In this document: positions 1-8,980 of the stretch, in pieces | Numbering within the stretch: position 1 is the stretch's first letter | Layout: each line of letters starts with the position of its first letter | Source of the DNA: a virus | Taxonomy: Duplodnaviria > Caudoviricetes | Direction: 5' to 3' (one strand) | IMG/VR virus record: IMGVR_UViG_3300037601_000024 | Span: 1 to 64,000 of that record | Length of the DNA: 64,000 nt | Notes under the pieces: generated by a model | The model's input: the letters and a program-made list of their open reading frames with translations, nothing else | Told to the model about the DNA's origin: nothing | The model's database searches: none | Made by a program: the position numbers and the translations under genes

Positions 1-173
1 GGCTCGCTCGTGACGCAGAATTCAGTCGCCTCTCAAAACCTGGCCACGCTTCATGCGGTCAGCACCCCAACACAGATCGGGGATCGAGACGATTGGCCGA
101 CCTTGCAATGGCAAGACGAAACTTGGGAATCCTTCACGTGGGGTGAAGGTCTAATCAACTGGGAACCTAACTC

Positions 174-695
174 ATGACAGTAGTTCTAACTGACACTGGC
201 GCCATCGCGATGATGGAGCTTTTGAAGGCTGATGTAGATGCAGCCACCTACGGCTGGTACATCGCAGCCGGCTCTGGAGACTCAGGGTGGGATGCTCTCC
301 CTTCTATCCCTGATCCGGCTGAAACGTTGACCGGTCTGGTCGCTCATTGGGGTCACTTCAAGGTGACCACCGCTCAGTACGTAACGCCGGACGCTGGAGG
401 CGCGATCGCCACCGGTTCAAACGAAAAGTGGTCCGTCTCTGGATCGCCAACCCGCTACATGTATCTCGAAGCTCCGGTCGATTTTGCCGATGCTCCGACA
501 GAGACCATTCGCGAACTGGCGCTGTATATCAAACCAACGCCTGGAACGGGTCACGAAGCGCAGAACTTCCTCCCACCGGCCGATCTCGACGTGCTCGGCA
601 CAATTCTGACGATGGAACGTATCGCGGCCACCCCGCGAAACGGAACTGACGGCGTTCTGAAGCTGGTGTTCCGGATTGGTGACGTTGCCTCGTAA
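174..695 (+). CDS. Tail/baseplate-associated structural protein (tail-fibre base-like)
   Basis: 173 aa ORF directly upstream of fibre-like genes; pattern LTDTG...YIAAGSG...TIRELALY...LTMER resembles N-terminal fibre-attachment proteins of tailed phages. Confidence 0.45.
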   Translation: MTVVLTDTGAIAMMELLKADVDAATYGWYIAAGSGDSGWDALPSIPDPAETLTGLVAHWGHFKVTTAQYVTPDAGGAIATGSNEKWSVSGSPTRYMYLEAPVDFADAPTETIRELALYIKPTPGTGHEAQNFLPPADLDVLGTILTMERIAATPRNGTDGVLKLVFRIGDVAS

Positions 696-710
696 GTAAG
701 GAACTGATCG

Positions 711-1739
711 ATGGGATCTCAAACCACTAATAGAAACTACCCGAAAATCGCCGCAGGTGACAATATGCGCGCGACTTCGGTCCCCGAACTAGCTCAGCTT
801 GCAGAGATGGTAGATGCCGATGTCGAAGGTATCTTGGCCGTTCAAGCCGGACAGGCGGATGCAATCAATGATGCAGGCTCGCTCGCCGCATCCGCACAGT
901 CCGCTGCAACCGAAGCGGCTGCGAAAGCAACCACGAACACGGATGATATCACCGCGCTTAACTCGGAAGTCGCGAAGGTTAGTTCTCTCGGCAAGGTCAA
1001 ACTGGATTTGCTGTCATCGAGCACCACTTTGACCGCTCCCGCCTGGTTGAAACCAGATGGTCTTGCCAGTCACGTCCTCACACTAGGATCGGGGTTTGTA
1101 GATGGTGATGTGATTATCATCTCCGACCCAAAGGGTACGCTCCCCACAACGAACATTAGTCTCGTTAGCGAAACCCCTGGCGTCGAACTGGTTGAGAACT
1201 CAGACTTTTCCGGCGGTGAAGTTACCATCGATCACTCTCCAAACGGGTCGCACACTGTCCCAGCTTCGTGGGACGTTCAAAATCCAGCGAGTGTGAATGC
1301 CGCTGCTTGGTCGACCGCCGCAAATCTGGTGAGCTTCGAAGCAACCGCCAGCGGCGGCGGAATGATCGAAGATGCAATCTATACGCTGAACGTTGGCCAT
1401 CGCGTCGCTGTTAAAGCTCGCAAGGTCTCAGGCGATACAACCGCTCGATTGATATTGTACGTTCAAGGCAATGCTATCGACGTGGACGAAATGGTGATCG
1501 TGCCTGCCGATGACACGAATTGGCACGAGTTCTCCGGCGATATCGAACCCACCGTTTCAACCGATCTCATCATTGAATGCCGAGACGGTGCGGCCGTGTG
1601 GGAAATCGAGTACGTGCGCTGCGCGCAGTTTGCTCGTTTCCGCCTGGATTCAGCAACAGTCGGTGAATCTCTCAACCTCGACGTAGGCGGCATCTCGCTC
1701 GCCTACGACCTCGAAGATAACGAATGGCAAAAGGTGTAA
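711..1739 (+). CDS. Tail fibre / adsorption protein with carbohydrate-binding-module-like insert
   Basis: Ala-rich coiled coil (aa ~40-90), fibre-type segment TLTAP..GDVIIISDPKGTLPTTNISL, then ELVENSDFSGG-initiated Trp-rich beta-sandwich (CBM4/9-like). Confidence 0.55.
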   Translation: MGSQTTNRNYPKIAAGDNMRATSVPELAQLAEMVDADVEGILAVQAGQADAINDAGSLAASAQSAATEAAAKATTNTDDITALNSEVAKVSSLGKVKLDLLSSSTTLTAPAWLKPDGLASHVLTLGSGFVDGDVIIISDPKGTLPTTNISLVSETPGVELVENSDFSGGEVTIDHSPNGSHTVPASWDVQNPASVNAAAWSTAANLVSFEATASGGGMIEDAIYTLNVGHRVAVKARKVSGDTTARLILYVQGNAIDVDEMVIVPADDTNWHEFSGDIEPTVSTDLIIECRDGAAVWEIEYVRCAQFARFRLDSATVGESLNLDVGGISLAYDLEDNEWQKV

Positions 1740-1742
1740 CTT

Positions 1743-3785
1743 ATGGGCGCTGTTATTAATCAATCCGCAGCATCAAGCGGCACTGGCGGAAGCTCTGGTG
1801 GAGGTGGTTCATCTGAATCGGCGCTGGCCAATTTGTTTCTGAACGGTCATGTCGATCAAGCTATTGCCACCGCAGACGCGGACGCCGTGTTTCACAAGCT
1901 GTTCCGTGGAACGACAGGCCAGGCGCTCAGCGCAGAACACGAAACCCTCGCTGCTGCTCTCGGAGTGAAGGCGGATCGGGCGAAAATCCACAATGACCCT
2001 CACTGGGCAACACTTGGATGGAAATCAGAGGCGATCCGTACGGCGCTTCTGGACACTCACCCGAATGAACCTTTCATGTGGGATACTGCTCAACTGACGG
2101 ACGTGAACACCAATGCCGTCTATACGCTGATGATTGGCGACAATGGTCGCTACATCTATTACCGCCTCGGCTCGTCCGGCAGCACAATGTATCGACGTGA
2201 GATGACCACACCCGGTGACTTGTCCACGCTGGGTACTGCTGTTGGTGTCTCCGTCGCTGGGTTCTCTAACATTAGTTCGTCTTACAATTGGAGCCTCAGT
2301 GACGATGGCACTGTGCTTATGAAGGCGAACAACAGTTCGATCCAATATGCTGTTCTCTCTACTCCGTGGGATCTGTCTACTATGGGGTCGGTTCAGACAG
2401 AGACCCCGACTGGTTCGGCGATTTACGCTGCAACCATGTCCCCTGACGGCACAAGAATTTACGTCTGGATGCAGAATAACTCCGGCTCTTCGCCAAGCGG
2501 CAAAGACGGCTGGATGGAAGGCACAATGACGACGCCGTACGATATTTCCACGGTGACGTGGGACTATGATCGTGTGTTTTACATCCAAGACGCGAACGTG
2601 CCGAAAGGGTTTGGCTTCCTGCACGGCGGGAAGATTTTCTTCCATTGCACTTCCAGCGTAACGCACTTCTACCGCCTCGAAAACGCCGGTAATCTGGTTG
2701 ACGGCAAGATCGAACAGATCACCGGCATGACGCAAAGTTTCTCGACGAGCGCCTGGGAAGTTCACTACAACCAACACTCAATCGAAGTGATCAATTGCTC
2801 GCCAGACGGTAACTCGATCTACGCACTGTCCGAAGAGATTTTGATGAAGATCGATACTGACGGTTTCGATTGGGACAACGCAGAGACGGTAACTGGCGCA
2901 GAAGGTTTCGCAATGGATTACCTGGCCGATCAGGTCATGGAAATCGAAGACCCCGACTCTCTACTCAGCGGAAAAAACCTTCAAGCGTTGTCATTCTCGG
3001 AAGATGGCCAATTGATGTGTCTCAGTTGGGAGGCGTCAAACCAAACGACATACATGCAGTTATTCTACCTCCCTATTCCGTGGGATCTGAACTCTGCTAT
3101 TCGAATTGACGAAGTCACTCAGGCAACCAGCGCCGAGAATATGACCATCAGTCCAGACGGCACTGTGATGATCCACGGCTACTGGAATTCGGGCAGCACC
3201 ATGAAGGTGCAGAAATACGACCGCCATCTGAAAACATTCCTCGAAGATACCGTATCGAGCGTGATTGCAACGGCCACAGCACCGGTGCCGAATATTACGT
3301 GGGCCACGAACCATCCGCCGGCGTGGGCGTGGTCACCGAACGGCGACCGTTGTTTCTTCGCTTACCGCGACGCATCGAACTATCTGCAACTTATGTCTGT
3401 TGATTGCGGTCAGCCTTTTATTTGGCCGAATTCGCTCAACGGTGCGAACAATAAGATCGGTCCAACTCGCGCCGACAGTTTGTTGACGGAGTACACCAGC
3501 ACGAACAACGTCAAATCGCTATGGGTAAAACGTGACGGCAGTAAGCTGTTCACGATACCGGAAAGCAAAAACTACCCAATCGTGTTCGACCTGGCCACGG
3601 ACTTTGATGTCAGCACTGCGGCATACCCGAACAAGACCTTCCCGTTTGGAAGCCGCGGTTCTCCGGAATCGCATGTCGCTCACTTCATGTCGCCACATGG
3701 CCGGTTCTTCTATTCCTGCACCACAGGCGGGAAGATCACGAGACGTAACGTTCCGTCACTCGAATACAATTATGGAGGCGTCTAA
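1743..3785 (+). CDS. Beta-propeller receptor-binding / tail protein
   Basis: Gly/Ser linker, repeated blade motifs (S/T)P(D/N)G and xxTPWDLST-type repeats; located in the tail module. Confidence 0.6.
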   Translation: MGAVINQSAASSGTGGSSGGGGSSESALANLFLNGHVDQAIATADADAVFHKLFRGTTGQALSAEHETLAAALGVKADRAKIHNDPHWATLGWKSEAIRTALLDTHPNEPFMWDTAQLTDVNTNAVYTLMIGDNGRYIYYRLGSSGSTMYRREMTTPGDLSTLGTAVGVSVAGFSNISSSYNWSLSDDGTVLMKANNSSIQYAVLSTPWDLSTMGSVQTETPTGSAIYAATMSPDGTRIYVWMQNNSGSSPSGKDGWMEGTMTTPYDISTVTWDYDRVFYIQDANVPKGFGFLHGGKIFFHCTSSVTHFYRLENAGNLVDGKIEQITGMTQSFSTSAWEVHYNQHSIEVINCSPDGNSIYALSEEILMKIDTDGFDWDNAETVTGAEGFAMDYLADQVMEIEDPDSLLSGKNLQALSFSEDGQLMCLSWEASNQTTYMQLFYLPIPWDLNSAIRIDEVTQATSAENMTISPDGTVMIHGYWNSGSTMKVQKYDRHLKTFLEDTVSSVIATATAPVPNITWATNHPPAWAWSPNGDRCFFAYRDASNYLQLMSVDCGQPFIWPNSLNGANNKIGPTRADSLLTEYTSTNNVKSLWVKRDGSKLFTIPESKNYPIVFDLATDFDVSTAAYPNKTFPFGSRGSPESHVAHFMSPHGRFFYSCTTGGKITRRNVPSLEYNYGGV

Positions 3786-4273
3786 TGAGCTATTGGGTCT
3801 ACGTCATTAACGGTGTCCCGATCGACATCTCTGAACCTCTTGGTGATACGCCAGACGGCGCCTGGGAGGTCTATGACGACGCAACACACGGCAAGGTTTA
3901 CCTGCCGAGAAACCACATTTTGTGGGACGTGCCGGTTCAGGTACGTCCTCGGATCATGAGCGATTTCATTGGTCGTGATACCTTCCTCTTTGAACTGTTT
4001 ACAGATGTCGAATACGGCACACTCGACTTCCACGTTTCGGAGATTCCCAATAACGTCAACTTCGGCAACCCAACCCCTACGTTGGAAGAACAGACGTACC
4101 GCGCGCTCTCGATCGCCAGCCGCCAGTTGGAGAACGTGGAGAGTGTTCAGCGTTCGTCCAGCCGCGTGACAATGTTTCTGATGATCTGCCAGGGTCTAAA
4201 ACTCTTCACCGAAGACCCTGCAACTCAACTTCGCCGCATGACAATGATCCAGTATGGCTGCGATCCGAACTAA
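3785..4273 (+). CDS. Hypothetical protein (possible fibre assembly factor)
   Basis: Start overlaps the upstream stop (TAATG); position only. Confidence 0.35.
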   Translation: MSYWVYVINGVPIDISEPLGDTPDGAWEVYDDATHGKVYLPRNHILWDVPVQVRPRIMSDFIGRDTFLFELFTDVEYGTLDFHVSEIPNNVNFGNPTPTLEEQTYRALSIASRQLENVESVQRSSSRVTMFLMICQGLKLFTEDPATQLRRMTMIQYGCDPN

Positions 4274-4592
4274 TCTCGACACCGGTTGGTATGAACGCCT
4301 TCCAGGCACGGACGATTATGACCTCGTTCGTGCAATCGCTTATGAAGGCGAATGGATATTCCCGCCTCACCGGTTCAATCTTTCCGTTCCTAAATGGCTG
4401 AGATGGATACAGTCGGCTCACGATCCACGTATGCTACGCGCAGCGGCGTGGCACGATCACTGGCTCAGACAAGGTATGGATCGAGCCACAGCAGCCGCTA
4501 AAGCTCGCCTCATAATGCGGGAAGATGGTGTTAGCGCTCAACGTGCATGGATGGCATTCTTCGGTATGCTGATCTGGACGGCGTTCGAATAG
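4254..4592 (+). CDS. DUF1353-like phage tail-module protein
   Basis: F..NLSVPKWLRW...RAAAWHDHWLR...A...LIMREDGVS..RAW matches the SVP/AA.HD.L pattern of DUF1353 proteins as recalled; true start may be slightly downstream. Confidence 0.5.
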   Translation: MAAIRTNLDTGWYERLPGTDDYDLVRAIAYEGEWIFPPHRFNLSVPKWLRWIQSAHDPRMLRAAAWHDHWLRQGMDRATAAAKARLIMREDGVSAQRAWMAFFGMLIWTAFE

Positions 4593-4662
4593 GGATTATC
4601 AGTCATCATTGAATGACTTCTCCACCTTTGATATAATAGATGCTCAAACTTAGGAGACTGCC

Positions 4663-4848
4663 GTGTCGGACGATAACGGACTGAACGATATCAAGACCGA
4701 CGTGGCTCTCATTAAGCAGGAGATGCATCACCTGCGCGAGTCCGTAAGGTCGATCCACGCCATCTTCCGTTGGGGTTTGGTCGCCATCGTTACGTCGATC
4801 CTGACCGCGCTGATGAACATCGTAATTGGCGGAGATTTCATCAAATGA
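4663..4848 (+). CDS. Small coiled-coil plus C-terminal TM protein (holin-like)
   Basis: 61 aa, one C-terminal hydrophobic helix, first gene of the lysis cassette, GGAG SD. Confidence 0.45.
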   Translation: MSDDNGLNDIKTDVALIKQEMHHLRESVRSIHAIFRWGLVAIVTSILTALMNIVIGGDFIK

Positions 4849-5099
4849 ACGCAGCCTTTCTAGAAGATACGGCGCCAGAAGAATATCGGCGCAAAGGTAT
4901 CCGACGCACTGTTGATCGCTGGACCCCCAAAAATGGCGGTGGGTGGATCATGATGCTCTTGGCAGCTCTTATGACGCTCCAGCTCGTCGTGCGTGGCGCT
5001 GCACACCTAAACCCGGCAGAGGCACAACCGAGTTATCAATTCGAACAGGTCTCTTACAGCGCTGAACTGACGAGAGACCATCAATGTCCCGCTCGCTAA
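4845..5099 (+). CDS. Single-TM membrane protein in lysis cassette
   Basis: ATGA overlap with previous gene; hydrophobic segment WIMMLLAALMTLQLVV. Confidence 0.4.
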   Translation: MNAAFLEDTAPEEYRRKGIRRTVDRWTPKNGGGWIMMLLAALMTLQLVVRGAAHLNPAEAQPSYQFEQVSYSAELTRDHQCPAR

Positions 5100-5617
5100 C
5101 CGATCTAAACCCAGAATTCTGCCAGCCTCTCGTTCGCTCGATGAAGGCGGCTGAGATCATAGGTGTCCATATGGTCCCCTATGAGACGCAACGAGACGTA
5201 TGGCGTCAGGCAAAGCTCTGGCGCCAATCTCGTACCACCGCAAAAATCCGTGAGATGCTGAACTTCCTACGCGTGCAGGGAGCTGGATACCTTGCGGACG
5301 TGATTGAGAGCGTCGGACCTCAGAAAGGGAAATGGGCGACCAACGCCATTCCTGGCCTTTCTTGGCACCAGTGGGGTCTCGCGGCCGATCTCTACTGGGA
5401 TAAGAACGGACACGAACCAGGCGGCGTCGAATGGATGGACCTCACCGGATATCGCCTTTTTGCAGAGATCGCGAAAATCCACGGCCTGACGTCCGGTTAC
5501 TTCTGGAAGTCGCGTGACGCAGTTCATGTCCAATTGCCGATGGCCAACACTCCTAACATGACGATTGAGAAGATCTCGAAAGCCATGCAGGAACGCTACG
5601 GAGACGAGCACCCATGA
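5084..5617 (+). CDS. Endolysin, peptidase M15 family (L-Ala-D-Glu type)
   Basis: YETQR..RQAKLW, SWHQWGLAADL (SxHxxGxAxD) and DAVHVQL (DxxH) zinc-peptidase motifs. Confidence 0.75.
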   Translation: MSRSLTDLNPEFCQPLVRSMKAAEIIGVHMVPYETQRDVWRQAKLWRQSRTTAKIREMLNFLRVQGAGYLADVIESVGPQKGKWATNAIPGLSWHQWGLAADLYWDKNGHEPGGVEWMDLTGYRLFAEIAKIHGLTSGYFWKSRDAVHVQLPMANTPNMTIEKISKAMQERYGDEHP

Positions 5618-5940
5618 AATTCTTTGATGAGAGAAGTGAGATCAAAACGATCGACGAGGGAGCGGCGCTAGCCATCTCTCAAGGTCTTCTGGAGTCTGAA
5701 GACGTCCGCTGGGCAGCGCGACGTCGCATGGCCGTGTGGTCCTTCCGTGTGCTCGTTCTGCTTACCTTTGCGATACTCGGGTACGCTTTCCTGGCGCCGG
5801 ACGGTGTGGAGACCGCAAACGCGCTCCTGGGGATCATAACGTTCATGTATGGAACGTTCATGTCGATCATCGCGGGTTACTTCGGTGTGGACTGGAGAGC
5901 GAACAAAAAGGCCAATAAAGACAAAGCCGAAACACCGTAG
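5614..5940 (+). CDS. Putative holin (2 TM, basic C-tail)
   Basis: Two hydrophobic helices, Lys-rich C-terminus, ATGA-coupled to the endolysin. Confidence 0.5.
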   Translation: MKFFDERSEIKTIDEGAALAISQGLLESEDVRWAARRRMAVWSFRVLVLLTFAILGYAFLAPDGVETANALLGIITFMYGTFMSIIAGYFGVDWRANKKANKDKAETP

Positions 5941-6036
5941 TGTTCACGACACGTTTGCATTATTTCCACATAAGCAATTGTAAGTCATCTTTGACTATTC
6001 GTTTTTAATCAGAGCAACCCAAAATCAGAGGTAAAT

Positions 6037-7359
6037 ATGGCATCAGACTCCGTGAATATTCTGGAGCTAGCGAGAGCTTATAACGACATCGACACCTATC
6101 CAACACTGGAAACAGTGGCACAGGAATTCGGCATCGCCGTGAAGACGGTCAAAAACCGGATCGGTGTGATGCGCCGCGAAAACCCCGAAATTGAACTGAT
6201 CAAGCGCTCGCTGATCGGTGGCCGCGATGAAGACGTGGCGATCTCAGAGAAGCCGGCGCTCTACATGCCGCACTGGACCTCCGAGCAATGTCTCGCCTGT
6301 CTTCGCGACATCGTCCTGCAAGAGCCGGATCGCGTCATCTCCCGTAACTACTTCAACAAAATCTCTGGCATCTCCGAGTCGACTTGGAACCGCTACTTCG
6401 GAACGTTCGAAGAATACAAGCGACAAGCCAGCATCAAGCTCTCGCGCGGTCCACGCGCGATGGAGCTGCACATCTCGAAGCACGCTTCGCGCGACTTCAT
6501 GGACCCATTCAACGAGGAAAAACGCTCATACGCCGGCAAGTATGTGAAGGATCACCCAGGTCGCTTTAAGACCGTCGTGGTTGGCTCTGATTTCCACGAC
6601 ATCGACTGTGACCCGTTCGTGCGGCGCACATTCCTTGATACTTGTCGGCGTATCCAGCCGGAGTGTGTCTTCCTGAACGGTGACATGCTCGACCTTCCTG
6701 AGTTCGGCCGGTACAACGTCGATCCGCGCACATGGGACGTTCTCGGTCGCATCGAGTGGATGCACAAATTCCTCGGCGAGCTTCGTGAATCCTGTCCGGA
6801 AACCCACATCGTCTATCTGGAAGGCAATCACGAGTTCCGGATCATCCGTCACATGGCAGAGGCTACCCCTGCTCTACGCACGGTGCTTGGAGACCTGCAC
6901 GGCTTCACAGTCGCATCCCTGTTGAAGTTGGACGAATACGAGATCGAGTATGTCGCCAAAGCGGACCTTCGCGCCTGGACGAACCGTGACGTGAAACGGG
7001 AGCTCCACTCGAACTCCTACTTGCTCTGGGGACAATTGCTCGGCGATCACTTCCCTGACGGTATCAAGCAGGGGATTCCCGGTTGGAACGGTCACCATCA
7101 CCAGTTGAAGATCACACCGCTGTATAACCGGCGCTTTGGATCTTCGCAGTGGGTTCAACTTCCTTCCGGCCACGTCGGTAACGCTGAGTATTGCAACGGC
7201 GAGAAATGGAACACCGGTTTCATGGTTGTCCATGCTGACACCCACACCGGTCACTCAGTTTTCGAGCCGATCGAAGTTCGCGACTTCGCCTGTGTAGGCG
7301 GCGAATATTACTACCGACACGAGAATGAAGCTTGGTTCAAAGGTCAGACAACCTTCTGA
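6037..7359 (+). CDS. HTH / helical-repeat protein fused to calcineurin-like metallophosphoesterase
   Basis: N-terminal HTH (TLETVAQEFGIAVKTVKNRI), SDFHD, NGDMLD, GNHE and GHHH metallophosphoesterase motifs. Confidence 0.75.
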   Translation: MASDSVNILELARAYNDIDTYPTLETVAQEFGIAVKTVKNRIGVMRRENPEIELIKRSLIGGRDEDVAISEKPALYMPHWTSEQCLACLRDIVLQEPDRVISRNYFNKISGISESTWNRYFGTFEEYKRQASIKLSRGPRAMELHISKHASRDFMDPFNEEKRSYAGKYVKDHPGRFKTVVVGSDFHDIDCDPFVRRTFLDTCRRIQPECVFLNGDMLDLPEFGRYNVDPRTWDVLGRIEWMHKFLGELRESCPETHIVYLEGNHEFRIIRHMAEATPALRTVLGDLHGFTVASLLKLDEYEIEYVAKADLRAWTNRDVKRELHSNSYLLWGQLLGDHFPDGIKQGIPGWNGHHHQLKITPLYNRRFGSSQWVQLPSGHVGNAEYCNGEKWNTGFMVVHADTHTGHSVFEPIEVRDFACVGGEYYYRHENEAWFKGQTTF

Positions 7360-7443
7360 GGCATAAATAAAATTTCCTTTCAAGTCGCGAATTGTAAGTC
7401 ATAATTGACTATAATAGTTCAACCAGACTATGAAAGGGTGCCA

Positions 7444-8211
7444 ATGTCCAAGAGCGGCAAAAATCGGGGGCGCCGCGAGCGCTCCCAGCCAGCTATTCTC
7501 GACCAACAATTTCATACTAGACCTAAGAAGGGAAAACAGTCCGCGATCAAACCCAAGACACCCGCTCAAAGTGCATATCTGAATGCCATTCGGACATCGA
7601 CTTTGACATTTGGGATTGGTCCAGCAGGTACAGGCAAAACCTTTATCGCTGTATGTGAAGCGGCGGACATGCTCAGAGACGGTGAGATCGATAAGATCAT
7701 CATTACACGGCCAGCGGTTGAAGCAGGCGAAAGCTTAGGATTTCTACCCGGCGAACTAGACGAAAAATTCGATCCTTATTTCGCTCCCGTCAAAGCAATC
7801 TTGGAAGAACGACTCGGCACAGGGCACCTAGAGTATTTCCTGAAGAGTTTGCAGATTGAAGCCAAGCCGCTCGCATTCATGCGAGGCACCACGTTTGAAA
7901 ACGCATTCGTCATTCTCGATGAAGCGCAAAACACTACGCCAAAGCAGATGGAGATGTTCCTGACGCGGATCGGCAACCACACCAAAGTCGTCGTAGACGG
8001 CGATATCCGTCAGAAGGATATCCCAGGCAAGTCCGGTCTCGAAGACGCCATGAACCGATTTGGAGCGCGCCGCTGGTGTCGCTTGATTGAGTTCGACATG
8101 GAAGATGTGGTTCGCTCCGGCATCGCGAAAGAGATCGTCCTGGCGTACAACGGTGTCGAAGATCCCAGCCTGTCCGAAATGCCGGACTTTCTGAAGGATG
8201 AAGAATCTTGA
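7444..8211 (+). CDS. phoH: PhoH-like ATPase
   Basis: GPAGTGKT, TRPAVEAGESLGFLPG, AFMRGTT, DEAQN, FLTRIG, GDIRQKD; start placed at ATG 7444. Confidence 0.92.
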   Translation: MSKSGKNRGRRERSQPAILDQQFHTRPKKGKQSAIKPKTPAQSAYLNAIRTSTLTFGIGPAGTGKTFIAVCEAADMLRDGEIDKIIITRPAVEAGESLGFLPGELDEKFDPYFAPVKAILEERLGTGHLEYFLKSLQIEAKPLAFMRGTTFENAFVILDEAQNTTPKQMEMFLTRIGNHTKVVVDGDIRQKDIPGKSGLEDAMNRFGARRWCRLIEFDMEDVVRSGIAKEIVLAYNGVEDPSLSEMPDFLKDEES

Positions 8212-8914
8212 ATACCTAGGTGGCTTTTACGGTAGCGGTTTCCAGCCACAAACAACCGACGCCTTTTTGGCTCGCAATATCAAACCGCAAGATTGGGAAG
8301 TGATACCGGATTTATACCATACCAAATGGTTCGGGTATCGCTTCCTAACGCCTGGCCAATGTCTGTTTCTCTTCGCCGATCGATACCGTCAGGCGTATGG
8401 CTCAGTTCTCGGCCGGCCACACCTCAAAAAATTTAAAGGCACGGGTTTCCAGCGGCAGGATATGCTGACGCGGGGATCCAAATCGCACGTCGGAAGTCTC
8501 TTCCGCGCCATGTGCTTTTGCGACACGCTCGGAATTCCATACGACTTTTATTGTTCGAAGGTTATGGAGCACACTGAACGGCTTGGATGGACTAATCTTC
8601 CAACGCCGAACCAAATCCAGCACACGAGCTTCATGATCCACGTGCAGCAAGAGTGGAAAGAGCGTCTGAAGCTTGGCACCCTCATTCGGACGCAAGATCC
8701 CTATTACTTTCTGAACAACTATCTCGGCCACGCCTGGCAGGATGAGTACCAGAAGTGGTTGCTCGATCAGGCATTAGAGCGTCCGAACCCTAAGAACGCT
8801 CTTGCAAAAATCATGTTCGAAGAACCCCAGGTCAAACCGTCGTTCGCGGCGAAGTTTGTCGATATCGAGCGCATCAAACAAGCACGAAAGGTTGCAACAA
8901 TTCCCACCGGCTAA
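8198..8914 (+). CDS. Hypothetical protein (replication module)
   Basis: 238 aa, overlaps the phoH end, directly upstream of dnaB. Confidence 0.6.
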   Translation: MKNLEYLGGFYGSGFQPQTTDAFLARNIKPQDWEVIPDLYHTKWFGYRFLTPGQCLFLFADRYRQAYGSVLGRPHLKKFKGTGFQRQDMLTRGSKSHVGSLFRAMCFCDTLGIPYDFYCSKVMEHTERLGWTNLPTPNQIQHTSFMIHVQQEWKERLKLGTLIRTQDPYYFLNNYLGHAWQDEYQKWLLDQALERPNPKNALAKIMFEEPQVKPSFAAKFVDIERIKQARKVATIPTG

Positions 8915-8980
8915 TTGTAATTAATTCTTGATAATCCAGCGCATTTCAATTATCAACATTAGCTGACAATACGGTGAAAT

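Noticed and set aside
7444-8211. phoH as a novel auxiliary gene
   Set aside because: PhoH is very common in large phages
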